Below, piece by piece: positions 29,880-43,126 of a DNA stretch of 64,000 nucleotides; position 1 is the stretch's first letter, and every line of letters starts with the position of its first letter. Origin of the DNA: Vicugna vicugna (Eukaryota); the NCBI GenBank assembly GCA_013265495.1, contig MU058384.1:6196792-6260791 (forward strand). The letters run 5' to 3'. A program made the position numbers and the translations under genes. Below the pieces are notes generated by a model, which was given only the letters and a program-made list of their open reading frames with translations, did no database searches and had not been told where the DNA came from.

Positions 29880-30425
29880 CAGTGCTGTCTAACAGACATA
29901 TGAGAGCCACAAATGTAACCACATGTATAATTTAAAATGTTCTAGGAACTGCACTAAAAATGTAAAAAGATGGGGGGGAGAGTACAGCTCGGTGGCAGAG
30001 TACATGCTTAGCATGCACAAGGTCCTGTGTTCAATCCTCGGTACCGCAATTAAATAAATAAATAAATAACCTAAATACCCTCCCCCACCAAGAACAACGA
30101 AAAAAAGAAAACCAAAAACAAAAAACCCAAAAAGTGTAAAAAGAAACATGTAAAATTAATTTTATTCATGTATAAATTGATCTAATACATCCAATATGTG
30201 TTAACTGATCTAACATATCCAAAACATTATGATTTCAGCATGTATAAATATAAAAACTTACCAATGACATGTTGTACGTAAGTTCTTTTTCATGCTAAGT
30301 CTTGGAGATCCTGTGTGTGTATCACACTCACAGCTGACTTAAGTCTTACTAGCCGCGTGTGGCCACAGAGCACCTGTAGAGCAGCTGGTACAGACTGAAG
30401 TCAGCGGCTATGGTACTGGACGCAC
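29880..30425. mobile_element. MER33-like hAT-Charlie element interrupted by a SINE
   Basis: cagtgctgtctaacaga...gagccac...atccaaaacattatgatttcagcatgt...ctaagtctt...ggctatggtactggac. Confidence 0.75.
29971..30129 (+). mobile_element. tRNA-derived SINE (Vic-1-like), TSD approximately aaaa(g)tgtaaaaaga
   Basis: tRNA-like head, (TAAA)n and A-rich tail; duplicated flank at 29956-29970 and ~30129-30143. Confidence 0.88.
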
Positions 30426-32319
30426 CTTTGTCTCCACTTCCTGACATCTGACTTGCCACAGTCTAGCTCCAGTTCACCAAAACCCTAAGAACACTGCGCT
30501 TACCCAGAGTCCCAGGAACCCTAAATGACAAATGGAACAGGCAGACCCAGTCCTTGTCTTCCTGGCTCTCTGTGCCACATATGACCCTCTGTAAACACCA
30601 CCTCCTCAGAACCATTATTTGGCAGCTGACACCCTGCATGTTCTAGAATCTTCCTCATGAGTCCTCTGTCTAGGAAGCAGGCACTTCTTTTCCTCCTTCC
30701 TCCTTCCTCCTTCCTTATACGCTGGTATTTAGTGGCCCCATCCTTTGATCGCTGTCCTCTCTCCATACCACGTGGGCAATCTAACCCTCTCATAGGTTAG
30801 CCACCTTGTATGACGTGATGACCCGCATGTAAACCTACTCCTCCAACTGGGCCACATCCTAAGTTTCAGGCTTTGTATTTAATTAAGTTCTGCATGTCCC
30901 ACAAATACCTGACATATAAAGTCTGTGATGGAGCATTTTATGAGGTGGAGAGTACTGAGCAGTGGCAAATCTGTGGGAGGGGGCGCTAAGATAAACAAAG
31001 TGCGGCAACAGTGGGGCGCAGTAAAACTTCATAAGTAACAAGAGTCAGACTTACCATAGGACCTCAGCCATTCTACTCAGTCTCTCGGAATCCCTGTTTC
31101 TTTGTGTACTGAAGTGTGGGTAACAGCAATTATCTTTTTTTTTAATCTGATTTATATTTAATTTAATTTAAATGATATGCATAAAGTTAAAATGTCTAGG
31201 AGAGTCCAATGGCAAACTATATTCAATTTAAGTTATACAATTATTAAACATAAAGATGTTACAACTATCACAATTTATCATACAATTAAAGTAAAATAAT
31301 TTTGAGGACAGCCAAGAAGTTATTAATCTAAATAAATAAAACTGAACAAACTAGACAATATTTAGGTAATATTTTTTTTCTGAGATGTTCTAAGTAAATA
31401 CTAAGTTTTACATGCCTGATCTCTAATCATTTCTAATGGTTAAATGTTTTCTTTGGGAAACTTTGTGCAAGTCAGGATAGGATCCCCCCCCCCAAAAAAA
31501 AGCCTGTGATCCAAATATTATTTCCTCTTAAAACACTGCTAGCACAGTTCACTGCATGGGTTTCTGCTATCAAATGTGTGAGAGTAGACAGTATAATAAA
31601 AAAGTTCTTTTGTTATGAGGCTGAATATAGCTGTATCTTATAGGAAATCATGTTTCAGCTTACTTTTATGGGCATTAAATGAGGATTTGGGTACTTAAAC
31701 ACACAACAACTTTTTAAAAATATCACCCCCAATTTTTTTCTGTTTTCAGTAATCATTTTTAAAACAGAATTTTCCTAAGGTTACTATGTCCTGCAAATCA
31801 AATGTTCTTTTTCAAATAAAATTTTGATGCAAATTAACCCATATTTACTAAACTTATAAAAAAATTTTGGGACAGCATTCCATAAAACCTATCTTTCTTG
31901 CTGTTATAGACCAATTTTCAAGAGTTAACTCTCAGAAGGCAGCTTTGTTTCTGAGACAGCGCAAGAGGACAAAAACTTGCAAAATCCCAAAATTATTGTG
32001 ATTGGTTATGGGTAATGATGGCTGGCTCCATAAAGAAGGAGTTTAGCAGGAACAACACAGCTACTCAAATGAACTGCAAGGCAGCAGCTGTCACATCACG
32101 GGTGTGAAAAGAGCAGAAGGAAGAAGGGAAAAGACTGGTTATAGGAAGTGTCTGGGTTTCAGTAAAAGCAGGACTTGATACCACTGATTCTAAGTTACTG
32201 AAGGGTCTTAGAAGTGTTCTGATGGGAGTAAAGCCTTTGAAGAAATGAAGAGTAGCTCCAATTTATTAAACTCTTAGTATGTCATGTATTTTCTTTTTTA
32301 AAACGTTTATTGGAATATG

Positions 32320-32930
32320 TGTTTGGCTATCATTCACTGCTCATGTCTGTAAGATTCAACATTATTATAACCTGGAGCAGCTGTTTGTTTTTTTTCCTAA
32401 ACGTGGCTAGAACTTCATGACATATGTATCTTGTGCTTTATTTCTCTATTCTGTTGATGAACATTTGGGTTATTTGTAGTTCTAGCCAACTATGAATAAA
32501 ACTGCTATAAGCATCCTTGTTTGTACTCGTGGCCATAAGTTCCTCTTCCTAGCATATCCTTATATGTATATACCTAGCAGCCAGACTGCTGGGTCACAGG
32601 GAAGGCATATCTTCATCTTCAGTACAAACTGACCACCTTTCCCCAAAGCGATTGTATTAATTCACTCTCCTAAGAGCAATGAGAGTTCCAGGTGCTCCAC
32701 ACCCTTACCAACACTTGGTAATGCTAGTTTTTTTTTATATTAGCAATTGTAGGGGTATGGTGGTATCTCATTGTGGTTTTAATTAGCATTTTCCTGATGA
32801 GTAATGATGGAGAAAATTTTTTATTTATTTCTTCCCATTTGGTAATCTTTTTATAAAGTAACTTTAAATCTTTGGCTAATTAAAAAATTTAGGTTATCAT
32901 TCTCTTGTTGATTTGTCAGAGCTCTTTATT
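32320..32930 (-). mobile_element. Old L1 (L1M/L1ME-like) ORF2-end fragment
   Basis: tggtatctcattgtggttttaattagcattttcctgatga and tatgaataaaactgctataagcatcc. Confidence 0.82.
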
Positions 32931-32941
32931 GTGAAACATTC

Positions 32942-32943
<2 letters not shown>

Positions 32944-32974
<31 letters not shown>
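32944..32974. repeat. (CA)n microsatellite
   Basis: Read directly from the sequence. Confidence 0.95.
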
Positions 32975-32980
<6 letters not shown>

Positions 32981-35029
32981 ATTTGACTTAAACCTCACTT
33001 TGACCCAATGAATTCGGTCCTTCGTTATCCTCTTTTTAAAACTGGAGACATATGGGACTTAACTTACCAAGATGAAATAGCTTGTATGTGAAATGCTGGT
33101 ATGATCCCAGGACTCCTGTTTTAACCACTAGGTAATACTTCCTCCCCCAAACAGCAACAGACCTTCCAGGTTACAAAGACGTCAAACCCATATCCATTTC
33201 TACTGATTAGAAGAGTAATACAGACTTTATACAATCTCTGTGAGAGTGAAGGCCATGGAATTCACCCAAAGAACATCAAAGTAAAAGAGCAGGTCCTGAA
33301 GAGGGCAGGGGCTGCATCTGGCCCCCTTCAGTAACCACCCAGGTGGAACTGTTCTGACCTCCACATCTTTCGAAGGCTCTATCCTTTCTCCTATATAAAG
33401 GGCAAGACCAGGAACTTGGGCTCTACCAGTCTTTAAACATTGGTTGACACTTTTTTTTTTAAAGAAGAATGTTAATTCCAGAGCCTCTGTGAATTTCATT
33501 CAGGTAACTGCACTAGAGTACATTAATGCTGCAGGTAGGGAGAATGCAGATTGGCAGAGAAGTTAAATATGGTCAGTCCTTTCCATCTAAATCCTCTTAT
33601 TAGCTTCAGTGAAACAAATTAGCACTTTGCTTTCCTTCCAGTCCTGATGTGAAGTGCCATGAAGCTATGGAAAGTCTACTGAGTTCTGCTTAAGAAACTG
33701 GCTTCTTTTCAAAGAGTGAAGTGATTTCACTATATCCTCTACTCCTCTGAAGCACTTGTAAAGTTTAATTAGCCAATGTATCGGAATGTTTGCCAAGGTC
33801 CCAGAGTACAGAATAATATTGTTACGAATTGCTAGTTATATTTAATTCTAAAGATCTTTAAAATTTTAAAAAGGAGGAGCTATACAATTATCGTTAAGCT
33901 TAATGTGCTAATCAGTCATCAAACATTATAAATGCAAATCAAAAATATAATATACCAAGGGTAATATCTAAGTTAAAGGCAAAGAATGATCTTTTTAAAG
34001 ATAATGAACTAAAATATCTGTTCTTAATCAGCATGGTAATATTTCTTTAAGTATATTGTCAAATTACCTAATAAGGTAAACTAAATAGCTGAATGCTATT
34101 TGCAATTTCCAAATAACATTAGTCATTTCTCACTGCCTTAGGCTTTTTCCTGGGCCAACACTATACATGATAGAATATTCATATTTTTAATCAGCACTGC
34201 AATGAATAACTGTACCTTCTAAGTTTTGGATATTTAAATCCAACTTTATTTCATTAGGTTTATCTCTAAATCAGAACAACCAGCTGTCTCTTACAGAACA
34301 TGAAGGATGTTTCCATTTTAAGCAGGAGAAGTCAACAGCGAATGATTTATGAAAAACTGTGGATTTAATTGTTAGGTCTCAGCTTTAAGTCCAAAATGCA
34401 GAGCCAATCAATGGAAATTACTTTTCATACCCTTAAACAAAATACCTCAGATTTCATCAATAATAAAGAAAAACCCTGTAGTTATGAATTTTACTTTCTG
34501 GATGCATGCCAGATCTACAAAGGCAGAATCAAACTTAAAATTACCTTGACTGAAGGTCTGAGGTCAAAGAATAATATAGTTACAAGTAGAAATAATTTCT
34601 TCTTTAAATTCAATAGAAAGTCTGGAAAGATCTGGAAATTATGTCAAACCATTTTTATTGGCATTAGCAACCAATGGAGGGCTGAAGAAATTTGCAGCAT
34701 TCTGATACTGAATATGAGTAAATTCAAAAACACTCTCTTGGTCCTATTATTCAGCCTCTGATATACCTGGATTATCAAACACTTCTGTGGTTTTGTTTCT
34801 GAACACAGTCATCTGACCTTGTTTTGCCCACGCATTCACCAGTGAGAAAACCCTTTCACAGTGTGACGAGAATGTCAAATACCTTTTCTAAATAAAGTGT
34901 TTCCACCACTTGTCAAACAAGGATCCTAAAATCACTCACACTCTTCAAGATAAGATTCTTAATGAAATATAAGTATTTACTCAAAGAGGATGAGGACAGA
35001 TGTGGAACCCAGAATTTAGGCTGGGAAGA

Positions 35030-35139
35030 AATTAAAGCGAGGGAGATGCCAAGGGTGCAAATTTAAGGACCCCAAGAATGAACGGCTCCTTAAATTTTGC
35101 ACCCTGGGCGTCACTTGCCTTCCCTTCGTTCTGGCCCTG
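35030..35139. mobile_element. MER91A-like palindromic hAT MITE
   Basis: Inverted arms agggtgcaaatttaagga (35052-35069) and tccttaaattttgcaccct (35087-35105); end cacttgcct...ggccctg. Confidence 0.72.
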
Positions 35140-35831
35140 CACAGGATATAGATGCTCAGAGAGGCAGAGGCTAGACTGAAACACTAAACAGGAGGGAATG
35201 AGGACCAGGAATCCAAAGAGGCTGTGTGCTCTGCGCTCAGGAGGGAGGATCTAAAAGGAAGACAAGAGGAAAGAGCAGGGGCATCAAGACAAAGTCTAGT
35301 ACCCATATTAACTGTTTTCCCCTGGGTCCATAGTTAGAGACAAGGTTCTGAACAGGGCACCAAAAAGAAAGAATGTGACCATTTCATGAAAATGAGCATA
35401 TTTTAGCTGTTGCTTAAAGTGTCACCTTCATTGTCACTTCTTTATGTTTAAGTTGGTTTTCTCATTAATATTCCTAATATTATGCAGCATTTTCCTTTTC
35501 TCAGCATTCATATTATTGTAATTATTTGCTTGATCTTTGTTTGGCTTGTTAAATGGAAGCTAAATGTATGCAGACAGCTCATTCACTGCTGATGCACCTA
35601 ACAGGCACTCAATAAATAATTGTTTAATGGTCTTGTATCTTCTTGGAACCACTGGTCCAGTCAGAAAGAATGTGCTGTGTGGTGACCATGCTTCCCTATT
35701 CTTTTGCCCTTCCAAAGCAGGACAAAAAAGAAGCAGGGATGAGTTTGGTTCTTGCAAATAACAGAAGTCAGAAAAATATTCTTGAACCTACTAATGGTAT
35801 TCACAAAAACAAACAAACAAAATTCTTAACT

Positions 35832-36497
35832 TCATTTTTCTTATTGAGTTTTGATGGTTCCTTATACAGTCTGGATACAAGTCCTTTATCAGATATGTGT
35901 TTTACAATATTTTCTCCCAATCTATGGCTTGTCTTTTTATCCTTGTAATGGTGTCTTTTGAAGAGCAGAAATTCTTTGTTTTATGAAGTCTAATTTTTCT
36001 TTTCTTTTCTGAATTGTGTTTTTATGTCTTATCTATTAAACCTTTATATAATCCATGGCCACAAATATTTTCTCCATGTTTTCTTCTAGAAATTTTGGTT
36101 TTTACATGTATGGTATATGGTATGAGTTACAAGTCAAGATTCTGTTTTATGGTTTTTTTTAATTTTTAATATGCATGTCCAATTGTTTCAGCACTATTTT
36201 TTGAAAACCTATGTATTCTCTAATTGCCCTTGTCCCTTGGTCACTATGGGCGTCTGGACTCTAGTCTCCTTCATTGCTCTATGCAGCTAACCTTTTTAGC
36301 AATACCAAACACTCTTCATTACTACACTTTGTAAGTCTTGAAACCAGGTAATGTGAGTCCTCAAACTTGTTCTTATTTTTCAAAATTATTGGACTATTCT
36401 AGTTTCTTTGCTTTTCCTTATGATTTTAGAATCATCTTGATAATTTCTCTAAAAGGTCCTGTTGAAATTTTGATTGGGATTGCGAAGGATCTCTATT
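35832..36497 (-). mobile_element. Old L1 ORF2 fragment
   Basis: ctggatacaagtcctttatcagatatgtgttttacaatattttctccca...gaaattttgattgggattgc. Confidence 0.85.
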
Positions 36498-37096
36498 AAA
36501 CCTGCTTTTAACTTTAAATTCCTCGGCTGTGTTAAAGATATGTCAGCAAATACAGTTCTAATAAGAATAGAGATAAGCTTCCAGCAATGAAGAATACAAT
36601 AGATTTTAAATATGTGCTGATCAGACAAAGATATTAAACTATCTACCAATGGTCCTAGAAATCCTAAGAATGTGGGAAATGACCACTGGCTGGAGCTCCT
36701 GGTGACTCACAAGGTGAAAAAGCTAGCTATACCGTTTCTCAAGCATAATGGAAATTTTATCAGTTTTATCCAAAGAAGATAATATTTCAACTTTTCTATT
36801 GTTAAGATCTTCACAAAATCGAGAGTTAGTCTGTCAAAAGATCCACTTACCTTTTTATCTCTATATTCATATATACACTATCATTTGAGATGAAAATTTC
36901 CTAACAATCCTACATCTAAAAGAAGGGTTTTCTGAAATGCTGGAGAGCCTCACCTAATACAGTAGTACTAGCACAGATTAAACATCAGCATAATTATCTG
37001 AGAACTTTCAGTCATGTTTTTAAAATGTCAATTATCTCCATATTATTAGACACAGCAAAACATTTCAAAGTATTTCACCTGGATGAAGATCTGTAC

Positions 37097-37262
37097 CTGG
37101 TTGGCTAGTCAGTCCTGGAAGAGACTCCTGCAATTGATAGGTGGAGGCTGAGGATGACGTGCCATCGGCTGTGTTGTTTGATGTCATGTATGCTCCATAC
37201 GTTGATGCCGAGTAATATTGTGCATACTGGTTTTGGCCAAAGGCTGTGTACGATGGATAATC
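37097..37262 (-). CDS. EYA4: EYA4 exon 11 (166 nt): [56 protein letters not shown]; alternative donor would end the exon at 37079
   Basis: Acceptor gtttcag|GAT, donor CAG|gtacag; lies within ORF 37065..37334. Confidence 0.95.
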
Positions 37263-37582
37263 CTGAAACAGTAATTGAGATGTGTGTGTATTGGAAAGAG
37301 AGATTACGCCCTGGTGGGCACCAAAGCAAAGCAATCACAAAAGTCATCGAAAAATTAGTATTTGGCTCCATATGTTGTGGAGTCCATAGCTTTGAGGTGA
37401 TCCTACTTCAGCAGAGACCCTTCTGTGGGCATATTCTACATGCATGTAGTAATGAACTACCCTGCAGGGTTTGCAAACCAGATTAAGATTTATTTTCACA
37501 GGAAGACTGTGTCCTTCTAGAGAGCAGGGAACACTGGCTTATTTTCGATTCTTCAATGCATAGGCAAAAAAATCTAATGGCT

Positions 37583-38362
37583 TATAAATAGCCGATAGGC
37601 ACACAAAAAAATGCTCAGCATTGCTGTCAGAGAAATGCAAATCAAAACTACAATGAAGTATCACTTCACACCAGTCAGAATGGCCATCAAAAAAGTCTAC
37701 AAATGATAAATACTGGAGAGGGTGTGGAGAAAAGGAAACCCTCCCACACTGTTGGTGGGAGTGTAGACTGGTGCAGACACTATAGAGGACAGTATGGAGG
37801 TTCCTTAAAAAATTAAAAATAGGCTTACCATGTGATACAGCAATCCCACTCCTGGAGGAAAATATAATTCAAAAAGATACATGCACCCCAATGTTCATAG
37901 CAGCACTATTTTCAATAGTCTAGACATGAGGGACAACCCAAATGTCCATCAACAGATGATTGGATAAAGAAGATGTGGTATATATACACAATGAAATACT
38001 ACTCAGCCATAAAAAAGAATAAAACAATGCCATTTGCAACAACATGGATGGACCTGGAGGAGATTGTTATTAAGTGAAGTGGGCTGGAAAGAGAAAAATA
38101 AAAGGCCATATGATATCTCTTATATGTGGAATCTTAAAGAAAAAAAAAAGGATACAAATGAACTACTTATTATTTATAACTCAGATAATTGATTTCTTGA
38201 ATATATGTAAGCACATTTGACTGTCCTTTATGATTGGATTACTGCATCCTGCTGATTCTTATTTTGCAGTTGGCTTTATTCTTTTGATAACTATGTAAGT
38301 TTAAAAAGCTAAGGCTCTAAATTGTTCTTAGAAACAATGAACAGTACATATATGCAAATTTT
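37583..38362 (+). mobile_element. L1 fragment (37583 to ~38165) plus ~200 bp of non-L1 sequence, inside a 16-bp TSD
   Basis: L1 ORF2-end motifs; TSD aaaaaatct(a/g)atggct at 37567-37582 and 38363-38378. Confidence 0.8.
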
Positions 38363-39508
38363 AAAAAATCTGATGGCTAGCAGGTGTTCAATAACTTTGC
38401 AGTATCAATAAAAGAGTGAGTGAAATTAAGCTACCTGGATTATCAAAAATTCTCAATATTTTAAAAAATTAAATATGTGCACTGGCTCTGATGTTTAGTG
38501 TTTTAAGAAACCATTTTTCAAAATAATGCCAAATTATGCAATCTAATCCTGTCAAAATGTTATTATTCCACTGTTTAATAATCAAACTGTCCTTTTTGCC
38601 TTTTGTTACCTTGATAAAAACTGAAAGAAGGCAATTAATATAATTCCTTCAGTAAATTCAAAGAGCAAACACTCGTGCAGTAACTTACATTTTAGAAAGT
38701 GTGTAAGTCCAGCAATTAATGTTAGAATAAAATAGTGGATCGCCCGCCCATGAAATCAGTTACCCTTCCATCTCAACTACTCTGAACGTGACTGAGAAGT
38801 AGGAAATAAGGACAAAAGTTTCTGAATATATCACAAATTCATCTCACAGCACACTGATTCACCCACTCACAGACGTCCACTCTTGCTCCACACATAATTC
38901 TAATGTGATTCTAGAAATACTCGTGGATTTCAAAACTCACAAAAATATTAAGCAAACATAACTAGGAGAACTAAGGACTGTTAGCAGCAGGCACAGTGAC
39001 AAACGCAACCAAGTTACAGCTATCAGGAGAGCAGGAATTAAATAGTTATCAAAAAGACTCATACAACCAAAAAAATATAAGCCAATAGTAGTTTGAGAGG
39101 AGTATTGTTTAGTAACAAATGATTTCTTCTTGGATCAAGAATGTCCCTACAGTCTACATCACAACCCAATTCCTGATTATAGTTCAACCTATCAATTTTC
39201 ATAATAGTAACTGTTTTATCAAGAAAAAAATAAAATTATGTTTAGTACAGCTGAAGATAATTGGAAAATATGCAATAGATTTCATGCCAAATGACTACAA
39301 CAATCATGGCTTAAATGTTTAAAGGGCAAACCTTCAGCAATCAGGAAACCTAAAACATGTGCAATTACATATATCCCAAGAATTCTAGATAGCTAATTTT
39401 TATTACCCTGAAATGCCATCTTGCTTTTAAATAAATAAACCTTATTAACCTGAAACTATTCTTTAAAAATGTGAAACAGATAATAAAAAGCATAAATACA
39501 AAAAGCTA

Positions 39509-39628
<120 letters not shown>

Positions 39629-41312
39629 TTAAAAATATTATTATTAAATATTAAAATATTAAAACATATTAAAAATATTTCACTTTGCAGGATTCAATGG
39701 GAGAAACACATTTTTAATTTTGTTGTTGAGGCAATAAGATTTGAAATTGAGAGATTTATAAGGAAAATGTGCTTCGCTCTGTCTTGTGACCACAGGTGAA
39801 GTCTTTCCTTTGGAAATCTGTGGAGGTAAACAGGAGGGACTGCAGCTAAGCTTCAGGGGTCAGTGTCTAGAGGTACAGAAGTACTCAAAGAATAAAATAT
39901 TATACATACTGAGACTACTTCCAGGAAACTATTAGAACTTTCAGATGGTCATATCAACTGCATATGCACACAAAAACCACTTGAGTTAAACATTTGGCTG
40001 GGGTTAGCTTAGGAAATAGACACACAGAACCCATTTAGAATCAATGCTTGCAGCTTCCTGTCTTTTTGTTTCTCTATGTCCTTTCCTTAGAACAAAAAAG
40101 CTGGGAGCTAGGGCTCAGACCCAAGGGAGAATGGTTTATACTGCAATCATCTAACGTTTCATGGCCTTCTGAAATTTTACAGCAAGGTCAGAAACTTACT
40201 TACTTATTTTTTAAACTAGGGCAAAAACAAGTAAACTATCAATTGAGATGTTTTTAAAAGAATATGTTCTCACGGAATGTACTTGTTAAGGAATAAAATA
40301 AAGGACTACTGAAGCAGTTGATTATTTATCACTGTGTTTTGAATAGCAACTGTATTAGGTAACCAACACAAACTGAAACTGATGAGGCCTGGAATATCCA
40401 ATATGAAAGTATCTTGAGGAATAAATGGAAATGTCTCTACAGCCCCTTCCACACTGCTAGCCGAAGCCGAGTGGCCACTGTGGCTGACGCACGCATGCCA
40501 AAATTCTAAGGAAGAAAAAGAGACCTGTCATTTCAGCCAAAAAGGTCTAAGTAATTATTTCATGTCAATCAATCAACTAAAATGTCAATATTAGTTGGTT
40601 CAAATATGTTAATACAGCCTTACCTTAAGGCTAGCAAATATAGACAAAATGACAGAGAGGAAGAAGCTTTTAATGTTTTTGGTATGTCACGAAAATGTTT
40701 TCTGCCACTACCATACAACGTCCAGCAATAATTATTAATCAAAGACAAAAACATTAAATAATGATCATATAAGGAGAAAAACTTTTCAGGGGGTAAGCAT
40801 AACATATATAAATATTCCGATTTAAGAAATATAGTATTAATAGGGGAGAGGTATTGTATAAATGAACAAAAAAATCCTCCGTCATTCAATGATAAATGGG
40901 ACTTAGAACAGTGCTAATTCAATTTTAAATACAATCAAAATAGCAATACGTACACAAGGGATACTGACAGGAAAATACTGGGTTTTGTCATGCAGCTTTG
41001 AAATCACTTAAGGAGATGCCAAACATGCGACTGGCGTGGTGTCTGGCTTGGAGGCTGCTTTACTTGACTTTGTTTCCTGTCAACTTTCTGCAACTTAAAC
41101 TTAGGTATTTAAATTTGGTATGTGTCGTGTTTCTGGATGTCCACTGAGCTCTGTCCATCATGTTTCTTCCTACTTATTTGCCTTTTCTGATGAAAACGTG
41201 TGAGCAGTGGTAGTGTCTAAACAGTCTTTGTGACTGCGTATTCCTAGGCTGAAGCCAAGGACTCTCATCTAAAGAATTCCTTCTCACAGAGCACAGGTTC
41301 CCTGTCCAGCTA

Positions 41313-41546
<234 letters not shown>

Positions 41547-41609
41547 CTACGAGCGAGCAGGATTACCTGCTTATAAACCAAAAAGGAGAAGAGAGAAGAC
41601 GGGAAATAC

Positions 41610-41752
41610 CGTAAGTGGGCAGGCTGTAGGGCTGTCCTGTCTGTGAGTAGGCGGTGTAGACGGCTGGCTGCTGCATCCCCGAATACTGAGTCTGGCCTGC
41701 ATACGCAGACATTGTTTGAGCTGCTGGTGTAGAAAGAATGTGTGGATAGGGC
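41610..41752 (-). CDS. EYA4: EYA4 exon 8 (143 nt): [47 protein letters not shown]
   Basis: Acceptor atatttag|G, weak donor ACG|gtattt. Confidence 0.95.
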
Positions 41753-42970
41753 CTAAATATCAGAAAAATAGCATTACTGTGGCAACAAAGACTGCATTTT
41801 AATTCAGACAGCTTAGCTTCAGCGAAACCTGATAACAGCCAGGAAGTAATCCTTCTTCTTTATCCACACTATCATTTTAACCGTATAGAAATGAACAAGA
41901 GTCTGAATGTCAGCAGCCCAGGCTCTGCTACAAACCCATTTAGTGACCTTGGACAATTTCAACTCCCTAAGTCTACACCTCACCTTTCAAAAGAAAACTG
42001 CCTTAGGTATGATACCTAAAGTCTTGTCCAGGTCCGTAATTCTTGTTTACATCAGAAACAGTATTTCAAATTGATATGCAGATGGGAGAAGTGCAGCCCA
42101 GGCCAATTAATTAGTACACTCATGAGCATATTAACGGTCATCACGTGCGACTCGATGCTATGGGATGACTACAAAAGCTGTCAAAACCCCTACCAAGAAT
42201 TCTCTACAAAGAATTCTTATTTTAAAAAGAAAAGAAAAGAAAAAAAGTAGGCAGCTTCACCAAAAGAAAGGAGTGCCAATTCCTTCACCATGACACATCT
42301 TACAGAATGTTCCGAAATGGATATCTAACCCTCAGCCTATGTTTAAGGATAGACACTCTCACTTGCTGCAGAAAACAGCTTTTCAACGTGCATGATCAGG
42401 GATCCAAAATCTTGACACATCTGGCTGATGGCAACCGAATTCAGATATACACCCAAGATAGCTAAACGTGTGATTTCTACCCTCATCCTCAATAAGTTGA
42501 CTATGTTAGTTATCAACACAATAGCTTTGTTTTTCAAAAATATGTTTATTAGAACTTGAAATCCATTAAAAATATTATAATGAGGGAACAAATGATGAAG
42601 TGTTGATACTTGTATAAAATGTAATCTTTTGAGATTTTCTTTCCCCTAGTCAGCATTTCTGAATCTTCATTAAAATGGAATCAATGCATTCTGGTTTGAG
42701 CTCGATGCCTTCCTCAAAGTAGACAAATATCTAGCATTAAAGGAACTGCCCTGACAAAAGTAAGTGTATCTTTATTCCTAGATGTGTGAAGGGCATTTAT
42801 CAATATGTCTAACCTAGCTAACTAAGGTATGCAAGTATCTATTCAACTAGCTATAACATTTATATACATAAATATATCCCCACTTAAAGTTGTTATATTG
42901 TGTAGATACGATGAATCACGATAATCCCGGAAAACTGTTCTAACGAATTTGAAAGACTGCAGAGCACTTA

Positions 42971-43126
<156 letters not shown>

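Noticed and set aside
35052..35105. pre-miRNA-like hairpin
   Set aside because: Explained by the palindromic MER91-like MITE; there is no expression evidence.
41567..41569. 3-nt microexon or recursive site (taag|CAG|gtaatc) in intron 8
   Set aside because: The upstream intron would be only 40-43 nt, too short for the mammalian spliceosome. Kept only as an alternative donor.
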